A DNA stretch of 64,000 nucleotides, taken from contig CAYVEO010000003.1 of assembly GCA_964449965.1 (NCBI GenBank), positions 1,052 to 65,051 of the forward strand. Reading direction: 5' to 3'. A program made the translations under genes and the position numbers. Positions 48,841 to 57,954 of the stretch are shown here, in pieces. The notes beneath the pieces are model-generated. The model worked only from the letters and a program-made list of their open reading frames with translations. It searched no databases and had not been told where the DNA came from. The stretch's first letter is position 1, and each line of letters begins with the position of its first letter. Source of the DNA: an uncultured Planctomycetia bacterium. GTDB lineage: Bacteria > Omnitrophota > Gorgyraeia > CAYVEO01.

Positions 48841-50544
48841 TTACTCCTCTGAGGTTATGCGCAATATCTCTTCCAGCGTGGTAAGCCCGGAGACAAATTT
48901 CTCTACCGCATCATCACGCAGCGTCTTCATACCATGCTGGACAGCATAGGTTTTGAGTTCATGGCTTGAAGAACGATTTATAATCATGTCCCTTATGGCA
49001 TCATCCGGGACAAAAATCTCCGAGGCCCCCATACGTCCATAGTAACCTGTGAGCCTGCATTGAGGACATCCCCTGCCATGATAGAACGCTCTATTCTTTC
49101 CGTCTCCTATTCCTAATTCCTTCAATTCTGATTCAGGAATATCAGCAGGTTCTTTGCAATTCGGGCAAATCTTCCTGCACAGCCTCTGTGCCGCAACCAT
49201 TATTACCGAGGATGCGATAAGGAATGGTTCTATACCCATATCTACCAGCCTGGTCACTGCCCCGGGGGCATCATTGGTATGCAGCGTACTGAATACCAAC
49301 TGTCCAGTCAGAGACGCCTTGATGGCAATATCAGCCGTTTCAAAATCCCTTATCTCCCCAACTAAGATTATATCAGGACTCTGCCTTAAGATAGACCTTA
49401 AACCATTTGCAAACGTGAGTCCTATCTCCTGCTGGACCTGCACCTGGGTAATACCCTCTACCAGATATTCCACCGGGTCCTCAACCGTCATTATATTTCT
49501 GTCCTGTGTATTTAATTGATTAATTATAGAATAGAGTGTGGTGGACTTGCCGCTGCCGGTGGGACCTGTTATGAGTATCATACCATACGGTTTTGCTATA
49601 GCCTCTTTAAATAGTTTAAGTGAATTTGGAGAGAACCCAAGCCTATCAAGCCCTATGGACAAACTTGACTTATCAAGCGCCCTTAAGACCACCTTGCCGC
49701 CATGCGTTATGGGAAGAACCGAGACCCTGAAATCCACCTCCCTCTCTTCTAATTTTACCTTAAACCTGCCGTCCTGCGGCAGGCGTGCCTCAGTAATGTC
49801 CATACCAGACATAATTTTTAGCCTCGCCAGGATTGCGTTCTGGTGAGTCTTTGGCAATACAAATGCCTCCTGCAATGCACCGTCAACCCTGTAACGTATC
49901 CTGAGTTTATTTTCATACGGCTCAATATGTATATCGCTTGCCCTTCTTTTCAGTGACTCTGATAATAATAAGTCAACCATCTTTATTATCGGAGCCTTCT
50001 GGCTTTCTTTCTCAACCTCTCCTACTTCAAACCTCTCCTCCTCAACAGTGCTTACCACATATTCTTCATTAGACTCTTTTAAAATGGTTTCAAGAGTTCC
50101 TGCCTCAGAGACAAAACATTTATCTATGGCTTTAAGTATCTCTTTGTCAGTGCTTATTACGGGTTTTATCTCGTAATTTGTCAAAAGCCTGATATCGTCT
50201 ATCGCTAATATGTTAAGCGGGTCGGCTGTTGCAACCGTAATAATATTACCTAATCTGGAAATCGGAATGAGCCGGTAATGCCTTGCCATGCGTTCAGGCA
50301 CAATCCTTGCAACATTCTGGTCTATCTTATACCTTGAAAGGTTGATAATGGGTATATCAGTCTCCTGGCTCAACAATGCCATAAGGTCATTTTCAGTAAT
50401 AGAACCCTGCTCTATGAGGAGCCTGCTCAAATTCCCCCCGCCCCTTTTCTTCTGCTCTTCAATGGCTTTATCTAATTGTTCCTTCGTAACCAGATTGCTC
50501 TCTATCAATAGTTCATTAAGTTTTTCCTTGATAGACTTTACCAT
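48841..50544 (-). CDS. pilB: Type IV pilus extension ATPase
   Basis: ASDIHIEP, PQDGR, GPTGSGKSTT, EDPVEY, GEIRD, TLHTND, CxxC pairs. Confidence 0.93.
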   Translation of the reverse strand: MVKSIKEKLNELLIESNLVTKEQLDKAIEEQKKRGGGNLSRLLIEQGSITENDLMALLSQETDIPIINLSRYKIDQNVARIVPERMARHYRLIPISRLGNIITVATADPLNILAIDDIRLLTNYEIKPVISTDKEILKAIDKCFVSEAGTLETILKESNEEYVVSTVEEERFEVGEVEKESQKAPIIKMVDLLLSESLKRRASDIHIEPYENKLRIRYRVDGALQEAFVLPKTHQNAILARLKIMSGMDITEARLPQDGRFKVKLEEREVDFRVSVLPITHGGKVVLRALDKSSLSIGLDRLGFSPNSLKLFKEAIAKPYGMILITGPTGSGKSTTLYSIINQLNTQDRNIMTVEDPVEYLVEGITQVQVQQEIGLTFANGLRSILRQSPDIILVGEIRDFETADIAIKASLTGQLVFSTLHTNDAPGAVTRLVDMGIEPFLIASSVIMVAAQRLCRKICPNCKEPADIPESELKELGIGDGKNRAFYHGRGCPQCRLTGYYGRMGASEIFVPDDAIRDMIINRSSSHELKTYAVQHGMKTLRDDAVEKFVSGLTTLEEILRITSEE

Positions 50545-51162
50545 TTATTCACCATATACCATGTTTCCGCCAAGATGGCCAAGGGTTATCCCGATTGGCA
50601 CGAGCAGAAGGACGCCAAGGATATAAATCCATCTGTAAAGGTGAGGATCTATTACTACACCGGGATTGAGGGTCCGCCAGATTAGACAACTAATGCCAAT
50701 CACGAGGAACGCTATAGAAAGACATATCTTGGAACGAATGATGAAGTATCTGCGTTTACTGAAGCGTCTAAACCAGTCATAGAGCCCTGAACCAAGCCCG
50801 AGAAATGAGGTCCCTACACCGCCTATGAGAGAATAATATGCACCCTGCTCAAATAATGGATTGCCTGTTAAAAGATAGATGAATATCAACAGAATAGAGG
50901 CAGGGACAAGGCTTAAAGGAAAACTGGCTGATACAGGATGAAGCCGCATCCTTAATTGATGACGATACGTCTCCATATCCACGACCACAGTAAAGATAAA
51001 CCCTGCCGATTCCACAACCTGCAAAACTGCCCCGCAGACAGGGCATACGACGAACCCGCCTTTTTCTATATCTGCCTGGGTCATCTTGAAATGGCACACC
51101 GGGCAGACAAATATTCTGCCATACAACCGCTTTCTAATATTATCAATGATTCTCTTTATCAT
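50545..51162 (-). CDS. Zn-ribbon plus DUF2231-like 4-TM membrane protein
   Basis: CPVC..CPVC, then [22 protein letters not shown]. Confidence 0.65.
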   Translation of the reverse strand: MIKRIIDNIRKRLYGRIFVCPVCHFKMTQADIEKGGFVVCPVCGAVLQVVESAGFIFTVVVDMETYRHQLRMRLHPVSASFPLSLVPASILLIFIYLLTGNPLFEQGAYYSLIGGVGTSFLGLGSGLYDWFRRFSKRRYFIIRSKICLSIAFLVIGISCLIWRTLNPGVVIDPHLYRWIYILGVLLLVPIGITLGHLGGNMVYGE

Positions 51163-52304
51163 CTTCCTCTCAATAACTCCGCAGTAATAATCGTCCTCTG
51201 TATCTGGCTTGTCCCTTCGTATATCTGATAAATCTTCGCATCACGCATCAATTTTTCCACAGGATATTCCTGTGAATAACCATACCCGCCAAAACACTGG
51301 ACTGCATCCGTAGTAACGCGCATAACCATATCTGCTGCAAATGCCTTGGCAAACGCCGCCTGCTTTGTATTCTTTATCCCATGGTCAATAAGCCATGCGG
51401 CATGCCATACAAGAAACCGCGCAGCGTCTATGTCCATTGCCATATCTGCTATCTTAAAACTTATACCCTCGTATGAAAGTATACTCCTGCCAAAAGCCTT
51501 CCTCTTTCTGGAATAATTTAAGGCGTGTTCCATTGCAGTGCGCGCCAGCCCTACCGCAGCAGCCGAGACCATTGGCCTGGTATGGTCAAAGGCAGCCATT
51601 GCAATTCTGAATCCCTCGCCTTCCTTTCCCAAAAGGTTCTCTTTTGCCACCTGGACATCCTCAAACGTAACACGCACGGTATTGGATGCATGCTGACCCA
51701 TATTCTGTTCCTTTGGTCCTCTCACAATCCCAGGCGTATCTGCCGGGACTATAAATCCACTCAGTGACTGATACCCTTTACCAGGGTCTGTATTCGCTAA
51801 TACAAAATACCAACTGGCGACCCCGCCATCAGTAATCCACCACTTGGTCCCGTTCAAGACGTAGTCATCCCCTGTCTTTTTTGCCGAGGTCTGTATCCTC
51901 GCCACGTCTGAACCTGCCTCAGGCTCTGTTACGGCATAGGCAGCGAATCCAAAATTTTTACATAAGGTAGTGAGGAACCTCTTCTTCTGGTCATCATTGC
52001 CAGCCACTATAATAGGTGCCTCTGCCAGGCTGTTTGCCTCCATGGCTGTGCCTATGCCGGTACAACCCGCACCAATCTCCTCGGCAACTATGCATCCCTC
52101 CAGAACTCCAAGACCCAATCCGCCGTATTCCTTTGGGACATGGGTGTTCATCAACCCGAGTTCCCATGCCTTGCGGCATATATCCCTCGGAAACTCACCA
52201 GTCTTATCATGATAGGCAGCCTTTGGGGCAATTTCATTTTTTGCAAATTCACGTGCCTTTTCCTGAAGTTTAAGCTGTTCCGGACTCAGACTAAAATCAA
52301 TCAT
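51159..52304 (-). CDS. Acyl-CoA dehydrogenase (MCAD-like)
   Basis: [41 protein letters not shown]. Confidence 0.93.
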   Translation of the reverse strand: MIDFSLSPEQLKLQEKAREFAKNEIAPKAAYHDKTGEFPRDICRKAWELGLMNTHVPKEYGGLGLGVLEGCIVAEEIGAGCTGIGTAMEANSLAEAPIIVAGNDDQKKRFLTTLCKNFGFAAYAVTEPEAGSDVARIQTSAKKTGDDYVLNGTKWWITDGGVASWYFVLANTDPGKGYQSLSGFIVPADTPGIVRGPKEQNMGQHASNTVRVTFEDVQVAKENLLGKEGEGFRIAMAAFDHTRPMVSAAAVGLARTAMEHALNYSRKRKAFGRSILSYEGISFKIADMAMDIDAARFLVWHAAWLIDHGIKNTKQAAFAKAFAADMVMRVTTDAVQCFGGYGYSQEYPVEKLMRDAKIYQIYEGTSQIQRTIITAELLRGR

Positions 52305-52319
52305 TAAAGACCTCCTGTT

Positions 52320-52405
52320 GTAACGGAAGGCTTTAGCCTTCCATATCTGGAGACTTGTAAGGGAAGCCTTTAGGCTTCCATTGGAGACCTAAAGGTCTCC
52401 GCTAC
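52320..52405. repeat. Cluster of three covarying REP-like hairpins with a CTTTAG centre
   Basis: GTAAC-GGAAGG-CTTTAG-CCTTCC; GTAAG-GGAAGC-CTTTAG-GCTTCC; minus strand GTAGC-GGAGAC-CTTTAG-GTCTCC. Confidence 0.8.
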
Positions 52406-52415
52406 TATGTCTCCG

Positions 52416-52940
52416 TTACATATCTAATGTATTCTCTTCTGCACCCTCTTCTTCCTTTGGTTGATAAAGAATAGGCTTGCCATACGATGCCCTCCCGCCG
52501 AATTTACCGTAACTCAGGAGCAATCCATAATAGACCAATAGAATTGTCAAGACTGGCAGGATAATGATAGTTATTAATATATAGAGAGATTCTCCTCTTT
52601 TGTACCAACTCAATGAACATAAACTGAAACGTGCCGTTAGAGTCTCTACCCATATAAGGCCGCGCCACAAGACACATAAGCCCCCAAATATTAATAGAAG
52701 GACAGAAAGGCTCGTCTTTCTGACAAATATAGGTGCCCAGTGAGTCCAATGTTTCAGTCTATCATATAATCCGCTTATAAAACCAATGAGCGTCCCGATG
52801 AATGCTATTAAAAGAAGAAAAAATGAGGTAATTTCAAATGAGGCATTACCTGTAATTAGATACAGGATAAGAAAGATTGCTGCAGCAGGAAATAACCCGG
52901 CCGGAAGATGAACAGATATGGCATGGACATGTAACTTCAC
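52416..52940 (-). CDS. DUF2231-like membrane protein (paralog of 50545-51162)
   Basis: HAISVHLP..LITGN..F..SGLYD; 4 TM helices. Confidence 0.6.
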   Translation of the reverse strand: MKLHVHAISVHLPAGLFPAAAIFLILYLITGNASFEITSFFLLLIAFIGTLIGFISGLYDRLKHWTHWAPIFVRKTSLSVLLLIFGGLCVLWRGLIWVETLTARFSLCSLSWYKRGESLYILITIIILPVLTILLVYYGLLLSYGKFGGRASYGKPILYQPKEEEGAEENTLDM

Positions 52941-52947
52941 GTAACCA

Positions 52948-52975
52948 ATTATATCACAAATTCTTATAAGTGCAA
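52948..52975 (-). promoter_or_regulatory. sigma70 promoter, probably leaderless
   Basis: TTGCAC-16-TATAAT with TG extension; 7 nt to GTG 52940. Confidence 0.55.
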
Positions 52976-53024
52976 GGAATTTTTTCTGTGCTTACCCGTA
53001 ACATCCTTTCTCTGATTCCGCTTT

Positions 53025-53243
53025 TCATGACGCCCATTTCATCTGCAGTTTCCGATGATGCATGGCACAATCACGCAAGTAGAGATTGATCAGATTTTGA
53101 TAGGGTAATCCCGACTCAGTAGATAGTGCCTTGAAATATGTAACCGTGTCCTTATCAAGTCGGATCGTAATGGGTTGTCTCAAGTATTTGATATAAGGGT
53201 TCTTTTGACCCTTCATCCGTGCAAAGTCATAGTGCTTTCTCAT
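53025..53243 (-). CDS. brnA: BrnA antitoxin
   Basis: MRKHYDF..KNPY..ITIRLD..YFK..PYQ.LINLYL. Confidence 0.88.
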   Translation of the reverse strand: MRKHYDFARMKGQKNPYIKYLRQPITIRLDKDTVTYFKALSTESGLPYQNLINLYLRDCAMHHRKLQMKWAS

Positions 53244-53247
53244 AGCC

Positions 53248-53529
53248 TCATCTCCAATAATTGTTTTGTTCATCTTTGTCTGCTTTTCTGGCCGATATTA
53301 TCCGGATAATGGCTTCCCGCTTGCGATAAGAATGACATACAACAATTACCCTCAGCTTGTAGCTCATACCTAGCATGATGAAGCGATCCTCATCGGTGGA
53401 ATGATCTGGATCAAAGTATTGATTAGCGTTTTCATCAAAGAATACAGTTTGTGCTTCTTCAAAAGAGATGCCGTGTTTTCGTATATTTTTTCGGTTCTTG
53501 TCTTCATCCCATTCAAATTGGAGACTCAA
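53248..53529 (-). CDS. brnT: BrnT toxin (DUF497)
   Basis: FEWDEDKN..N..KHGISFEEA, IRIISARKA. Confidence 0.92.
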   Translation of the reverse strand: MSLQFEWDEDKNRKNIRKHGISFEEAQTVFFDENANQYFDPDHSTDEDRFIMLGMSYKLRVIVVCHSYRKREAIIRIISARKADKDEQNNYWR

Positions 53530-53556
53530 TGTAAGTCCCTTTCATTTTACACCCAC

Positions 53557-53585
53557 AGTATATACGTAATTGCCTTCCTTGTCAA
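53557..53585 (-). promoter_or_regulatory. Promoter of brnTA
   Basis: TTGACA-17-TATACT. Confidence 0.75.
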
Positions 53586-53605
53586 GTGAAACCTCAAATT
53601 TCAGT

Positions 53606-53668
53606 ATATCACGAATTCACCTGCCAAAAAAGCGCAGATTTTTGACCGTATGGGATGAGATGTTATGT
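53606..53668 (-). mobile_element. attC-5 (degenerate/chimeric)
   Basis: R'' ACATAAC right after the cassette stop, complementary to GTTATGT at the cassette start; R' degenerate (GTGATAT). Confidence 0.55.
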
Positions 53669-53669
53669 T

Positions 53670-54125
53670 TTAATCTTTATTTATTTCTTTTAATTTACCT
53701 TCTGCCCACATCCAATATGGGCCTGTATATTCAAATGCAACACTTTTACTTTCTTCAATTAATATTTGTTTTGTGGTGAGTTTACCAAAAACATCTCCAT
53801 AAATACCCTTCCATATTTTTGGTAAAGCAAAAATTTCTAATTTATGAGATCCTGTATCTATGATAATTCTTGTACTGCTGTATTTAAATATTGTAATTAT
53901 ATCTCTATCATCAATTTTAATGCCATAATTATTAATTGCAATCTGCTGACTGGGTGGAATAGCATAGATTAGAAGAATGCCTGTTTTAGGGGTCGTGGAT
54001 AAATCAAAATTGTAATTTTGTTTCCCCCCTTCTAATTTTTTCTTTTCTAACCCAGATTCAAGCGTTGCACAGCCAACAAGAAAAATTAAGGGTAATAGAA
54101 TAATTATTTTAATATTTTTAGACAT
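53670..54125 (-). CDS. Cassette lipoprotein of unknown function (start revised to 54125)
   Basis: MSKNIKIIILLPLIFLVG|C lipobox; the ATG lies within the GTTATGT box. Confidence 0.7.
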   Translation of the reverse strand: MSKNIKIIILLPLIFLVGCATLESGLEKKKLEGGKQNYNFDLSTTPKTGILLIYAIPPSQQIAINNYGIKIDDRDIITIFKYSSTRIIIDTGSHKLEIFALPKIWKGIYGDVFGKLTTKQILIEESKSVAFEYTGPYWMWAEGKLKEINKD

Positions 54126-54185
54126 AACGAGAATCTCATCTGTACGGCCTGTCCGTATCTGCCCCACGCAATGGCTGAGTTATTT
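54122..54185 (-). mobile_element. attC-4 (chimeric)
   Basis: AAATAAC ... GTTATGT, 64 bp, between two co-oriented ORFs. Confidence 0.65.
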
Positions 54186-54755
54186 TTTAATCTCACTTAC
54201 TTTTCGCACCATGTCACTGAAATCACCAAAAGCATCCTTGGTCTTTTCGTGCTTGATCAGGAAGATTTGTAACTCTTTCGGTTTTCCTGTGAGCAAGAGA
54301 CCATCGTCTATTTTCTCGTGCTGAATAGCATCAGGATGATCTTGCAGGAATTTCTTGATCCAATCATAGTTGAGCATCGCCATCCGCAGAGTCGGTTCGA
54401 TTTGTTCAATCCGTATAAATGTGTGGATTGGTAATAGGTGCCCTTTGTAGAAATCATTCTCTTTTAGATCAGGGTTCTCCGGAAAGAGGTCAAGAAACAG
54501 GCGTCCTTCTACTTTCACCAGGTGGACTACGAACTTCCCCTCTTTCCCATCGGCATCTATATAAAGAAGGCGGTATTCTTTCTCATTGCTCTTCGTGAAA
54601 ATCCATCTTTCCTCAAAGTTTTTTTCTGACCACTCGCCCACAATGGCGGGATCAAAAACCAAGTCCTCGTCTGTGTAAAGCGGATGGAGAGAAGGAACGC
54701 ACCCTACAAGAGCAACCAGAACTACAACGCCAACTAACCAAAAGCACTTGTTCAC
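54180..54755 (-). CDS. Cassette lipoprotein of unknown function (start revised to GTG 54755)
   Basis: GAGGAG RBS; LVALVG|CVPSLHPLYT lipobox. Confidence 0.7.
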   Translation of the reverse strand: MNKCFWLVGVVVLVALVGCVPSLHPLYTDEDLVFDPAIVGEWSEKNFEERWIFTKSNEKEYRLLYIDADGKEGKFVVHLVKVEGRLFLDLFPENPDLKENDFYKGHLLPIHTFIRIEQIEPTLRMAMLNYDWIKKFLQDHPDAIQHEKIDDGLLLTGKPKELQIFLIKHEKTKDAFGDFSDMVRKVSEIKK

Positions 54756-54776
54756 TATCTTGCTCCTCGTTTCAAT

Positions 54777-54848
54777 ACCCAACATTGCGGTTAAGAGGCT
54801 GGCAAAGGAGCGTAGCGGATTTGCCAGTCCTTCTTGAACCGATTGGGC
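54777..54848 (-). mobile_element. attC-3
   Basis: GCCCAAT-CG-GTTCAAG..CTGGCAAA..TTTGCCAG..CTTAAC-CGCAAT-GTTGGGT, a long imperfect hairpin. Confidence 0.85.
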
Positions 54849-54850
54849 AC

Positions 54851-56314
54851 TTATTTTGCTAATCTTTTAATGTTCATTCGGTATGGCGCTAATACGGTTT
54901 CTCTTTCGTCTTCTAGGTTCAAAAAATTTATTTTAAGGCGGTATCTTGGTGTAATTAACGCCTTAGAGAGTTCTTCTTTCAATTCATCCTTTTTTGTTTT
55001 TCTTAGGAAGTCATCTTTTTCTGGATCAAAATACTCATTTCCTGAGTCATCATAAAGAACATTGTCTCCCTCGAAGAAGACACCGTCTATTGCTTTATTG
55101 TCTTTTTCAAATTCGATACAAGACACATCAATACTAATGCCTCTGGCAGATGAAGGGATATAAAAGAGGTTTTTAAAATACGGTTTAAGAGCTTGCTGAA
55201 TGAATTTAAATGACTCTTTGAATTGATCGGATTCTTCAATTTGAAAAACATTGTCAATCATGTCTGCTTTTGTTCGTGTCCTAAAACTTCCTGTTGAGTC
55301 AAAATAAACCTCAAACAATAATCCATTAAGCAAATGAAAACTTATACTTTCGTTTGTTTTGCTGAGATTGCCTTGCAAATTATCCAAATACAACACTGCC
55401 TTTTGAGCAGAGCCACATGCTGCTTGATATATGTTTCTTCCCAAAACAAATATTTCATCTTTAGTTAATTGTTCTAGATTGCTTTGATTAATCTTGGAGA
55501 TTGATGGATTCTGTACGTACCAATTATAGCTCTTGAGTCCATCAATTATTTCACGTGCAATATCAGATGAGCGTGGCTTAAAGCCGGAATCTGCTAATGC
55601 AGTTTCACTGTATTCTGGCAACAATTCTTCGGTGACAAAAGAATAGTTGAAATAAAAATCACCCATAAGAGAAGTGTGCTCCCATGATATTTGGTGACCG
55701 CGAGTAGATGAGCTTAAGGTATTTCTTACCCTCTTAAACAAGTCTTCAATAGTAATGTCTGGCGTGGACACATGCTTGAGGAACGCATCTGTGTAAGCTC
55801 CGTTTTGGCCATCACCATCGTATGCAACTTGACCTGGGGATGTAGCGTATCCGATTATCATTCCTTTTGGGGCATATACTGGTGCTAGTCCTCTTGAATC
55901 TGCTCCACGCCATCTGCGCTCGTATGGGTTATTTCGGCACGCATCTAACATAATAATATTCGTCTTATTTGTGCCTCTTTCCATAATTTCTATCACTTTA
56001 TCCAAAGGTAGCGAAGAATACTTGGCGTCAATTTCTTTATCGAAATTAGTATCTATAGCGGTTAGGTAATTTTTTCCCTCTATCTGCATCCCATGACCTG
56101 CAAAAAAGAAAAGAGCAACTTCACTATCATTAAGATGTGAAGAAAACTCATTTAGCCCTTCTTCCATTCTCTTATTTGTCGCATCTGTTTGTTTAAATGT
56201 CTTAAAGCCAAGTTTGACCAATCTTTCTTGGACAGCATTAGCATCATTCACGGGATTCTTTAGGGGTGAGCCCGGGTAAGTAGAGTTACCAATTATTAGG
56301 ACGATTTTATTCAT
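54851..56314 (-). CDS. Caspase-family (Peptidase C14) protein with an unknown C-terminal domain; gene cassette
   Basis: LKNPVNDA, FFFAGHG (His), LDACRNNP (Cys), YATSPG. Confidence 0.88.
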   Translation of the reverse strand: MNKIVLIIGNSTYPGSPLKNPVNDANAVQERLVKLGFKTFKQTDATNKRMEEGLNEFSSHLNDSEVALFFFAGHGMQIEGKNYLTAIDTNFDKEIDAKYSSLPLDKVIEIMERGTNKTNIIMLDACRNNPYERRWRGADSRGLAPVYAPKGMIIGYATSPGQVAYDGDGQNGAYTDAFLKHVSTPDITIEDLFKRVRNTLSSSTRGHQISWEHTSLMGDFYFNYSFVTEELLPEYSETALADSGFKPRSSDIAREIIDGLKSYNWYVQNPSISKINQSNLEQLTKDEIFVLGRNIYQAACGSAQKAVLYLDNLQGNLSKTNESISFHLLNGLLFEVYFDSTGSFRTRTKADMIDNVFQIEESDQFKESFKFIQQALKPYFKNLFYIPSSARGISIDVSCIEFEKDNKAIDGVFFEGDNVLYDDSGNEYFDPEKDDFLRKTKKDELKEELSKALITPRYRLKINFLNLEDERETVLAPYRMNIKRLAK

Positions 56315-56325
56315 AATATTTATCC

Positions 56326-56382
56326 ACCCAACTGAAATCAGCGGCTCACCGTAGGCGAGTCCACTGGAGTGAGTGGTTAGAC
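56326..56382 (-). mobile_element. attC-2
   Basis: GTCTAAC-CACTC-ACTCCAGT..CTCGCC-TAC-GGTGAG..GCTGATT-TCA-GTTGGGT. Confidence 0.85.
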
Positions 56383-56386
56383 ATAT

Positions 56387-56983
56387 TTATTTCCTTCTAA
56401 AAAGATACTTAAATTTTTTTATTAAATAATTGAAATTTAAGCCTATGCCGAAAAGATTTGGCTTCAACTCAAGAGCATCAATATTGTTATTTGAAAGACC
56501 TACTAAAGCTTTGATACGAACAACAACATTAGAGATAGCCCTGTAATCTATGATTACGCTTTTCGTTTCTTCGTATATCGGATCTATTAAACAATGCCTC
56601 AAAGATTCATCCTTTAATTCGACTTGTATGAAATCTGTCTTAAAAACAGTGCATTTTCTTTCTTCATTTTGACTACTATCGAATAGTTGGCCCAGCGCTT
56701 CCACATGTCGTTGTTCAATGGATAGCGGTAATTCCTTAATTAGTCTATTGAGTTCATCCGAATAACGTTTAAACAAATCAACAAAATAAATAATATACCC
56801 TTCAATTTGATCTGGATGATATAATTTATCTCGATGACCCTTTACTTGAGAAAGCAAAGATTCTAATTTTGATATGGCATGGTTGGTATTTTCCCGCCAT
56901 TCACTTAAATGTTTAATAATATCTTCTATACCTACGCCAGTGTAGTCTGTCATACCAGAAATTATTGATCTTTTTCTACCCAT
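56387..56983 (-). CDS. Hypothetical alpha-helical protein; gene cassette
   Basis: 198-aa AT-rich ORF filling the space between two attC sites. Confidence 0.7.
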   Translation of the reverse strand: MGRKRSIISGMTDYTGVGIEDIIKHLSEWRENTNHAISKLESLLSQVKGHRDKLYHPDQIEGYIIYFVDLFKRYSDELNRLIKELPLSIEQRHVEALGQLFDSSQNEERKCTVFKTDFIQVELKDESLRHCLIDPIYEETKSVIIDYRAISNVVVRIKALVGLSNNNIDALELKPNLFGIGLNFNYLIKKFKYLFRRK

Positions 56984-57000
56984 TTTTATAATTTATTTCT

Positions 57001-57061
57001 GCCTAACGGTATGCAGTTCAGCCGCACGATTTAACATGTCGGCTGCAACCGTTGGTTAGGC
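57001..57061 (-). mobile_element. attC-1
   Basis: GCCTAAC-CAACG-GTTGCAGC-CG..CG-GCTGAAC..GTTAGGC, canonical R''/L''/L'/R' layout. Confidence 0.92.
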
Positions 57062-57066
57062 GAAGT

Positions 57067-57954
57067 TTAAATTTTAACATAATCAAACAATTCTAATACG
57101 TTTTGAGAATTTTCTGTCTTAATATTTCGTTTTCCATATTTACCAGTAAATTCACCTTTTTCTTTTCTCTCCTTAAATGTTTTTTCAACAACGTGCTTTG
57201 CAATTTCTTCATTTGCACACTTAATCTCATTTCTATAATTTTTCAGTCTTTCTTCAGCGAGTTTGACGTATTCATCAGAAATTTCAATTCCTATGAAAGC
57301 ATGCCCCAATATTTTTGCAGATACTAATGTTGTCCCGCTTCCACAATAAGGGTCAATAATTACCCCTTTTTTCTCATCCATAATAGAATAAATTACCCTA
57401 ACAGGTAATGCCAAAGGAAAAGGCGCAGGATGGGTATTTTTCTTTTCGGGTGGAAAACGCCAGATTGAAGTCTGTAATGCATGTTTAGGTTTTAATTCTT
57501 CACCTATTAATTCCTTTCCTTTTGGTTTGTAAAGCCAATATACCCTTTCTTCTACCTGCCAGAATCTCCACCCTCTAATATTTGCTGCGATCATTCTATT
57601 CCAGATTATCTCTTGTCTGATTGTCCATTTTGTTTTTCTTAGCCAATCCATAGGATGAAACATTTCTCCTCTTTCCCACCTGATTTTATGATTGTAAAAG
57701 AAAGAACCATCAGGTCTTGTAATTCTGTAAACTTCATTTAAAACATCTATTTGACTTTTTTGATATGAATCTTCTGGGAATTTATCTGTAGCCCCTGAAT
57801 ATTTTACATTTGTAACAAGCCAACCCTTCTTATTCTCACCTTTATTATAAGGTGGAGATGTTACTCCCAAGTCAAGAATTCCATCTGGTAAGGTTTTCAA
57901 AATAGTTAAAGCATCTCCTTTAACTATTTTATTCAAATATTCATTCTCACTCAT
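57067..57954 (-). CDS. Site-specific DNA methyltransferase (N4/N6, beta class)
   Basis: TSPPY catalytic motif before HPAPFP and DPYCGSGTT (SAM binding). Confidence 0.92.
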   Translation of the reverse strand: MSENEYLNKIVKGDALTILKTLPDGILDLGVTSPPYNKGENKKGWLVTNVKYSGATDKFPEDSYQKSQIDVLNEVYRITRPDGSFFYNHKIRWERGEMFHPMDWLRKTKWTIRQEIIWNRMIAANIRGWRFWQVEERVYWLYKPKGKELIGEELKPKHALQTSIWRFPPEKKNTHPAPFPLALPVRVIYSIMDEKKGVIIDPYCGSGTTLVSAKILGHAFIGIEISDEYVKLAEERLKNYRNEIKCANEEIAKHVVEKTFKERKEKGEFTGKYGKRNIKTENSQNVLELFDYVKI

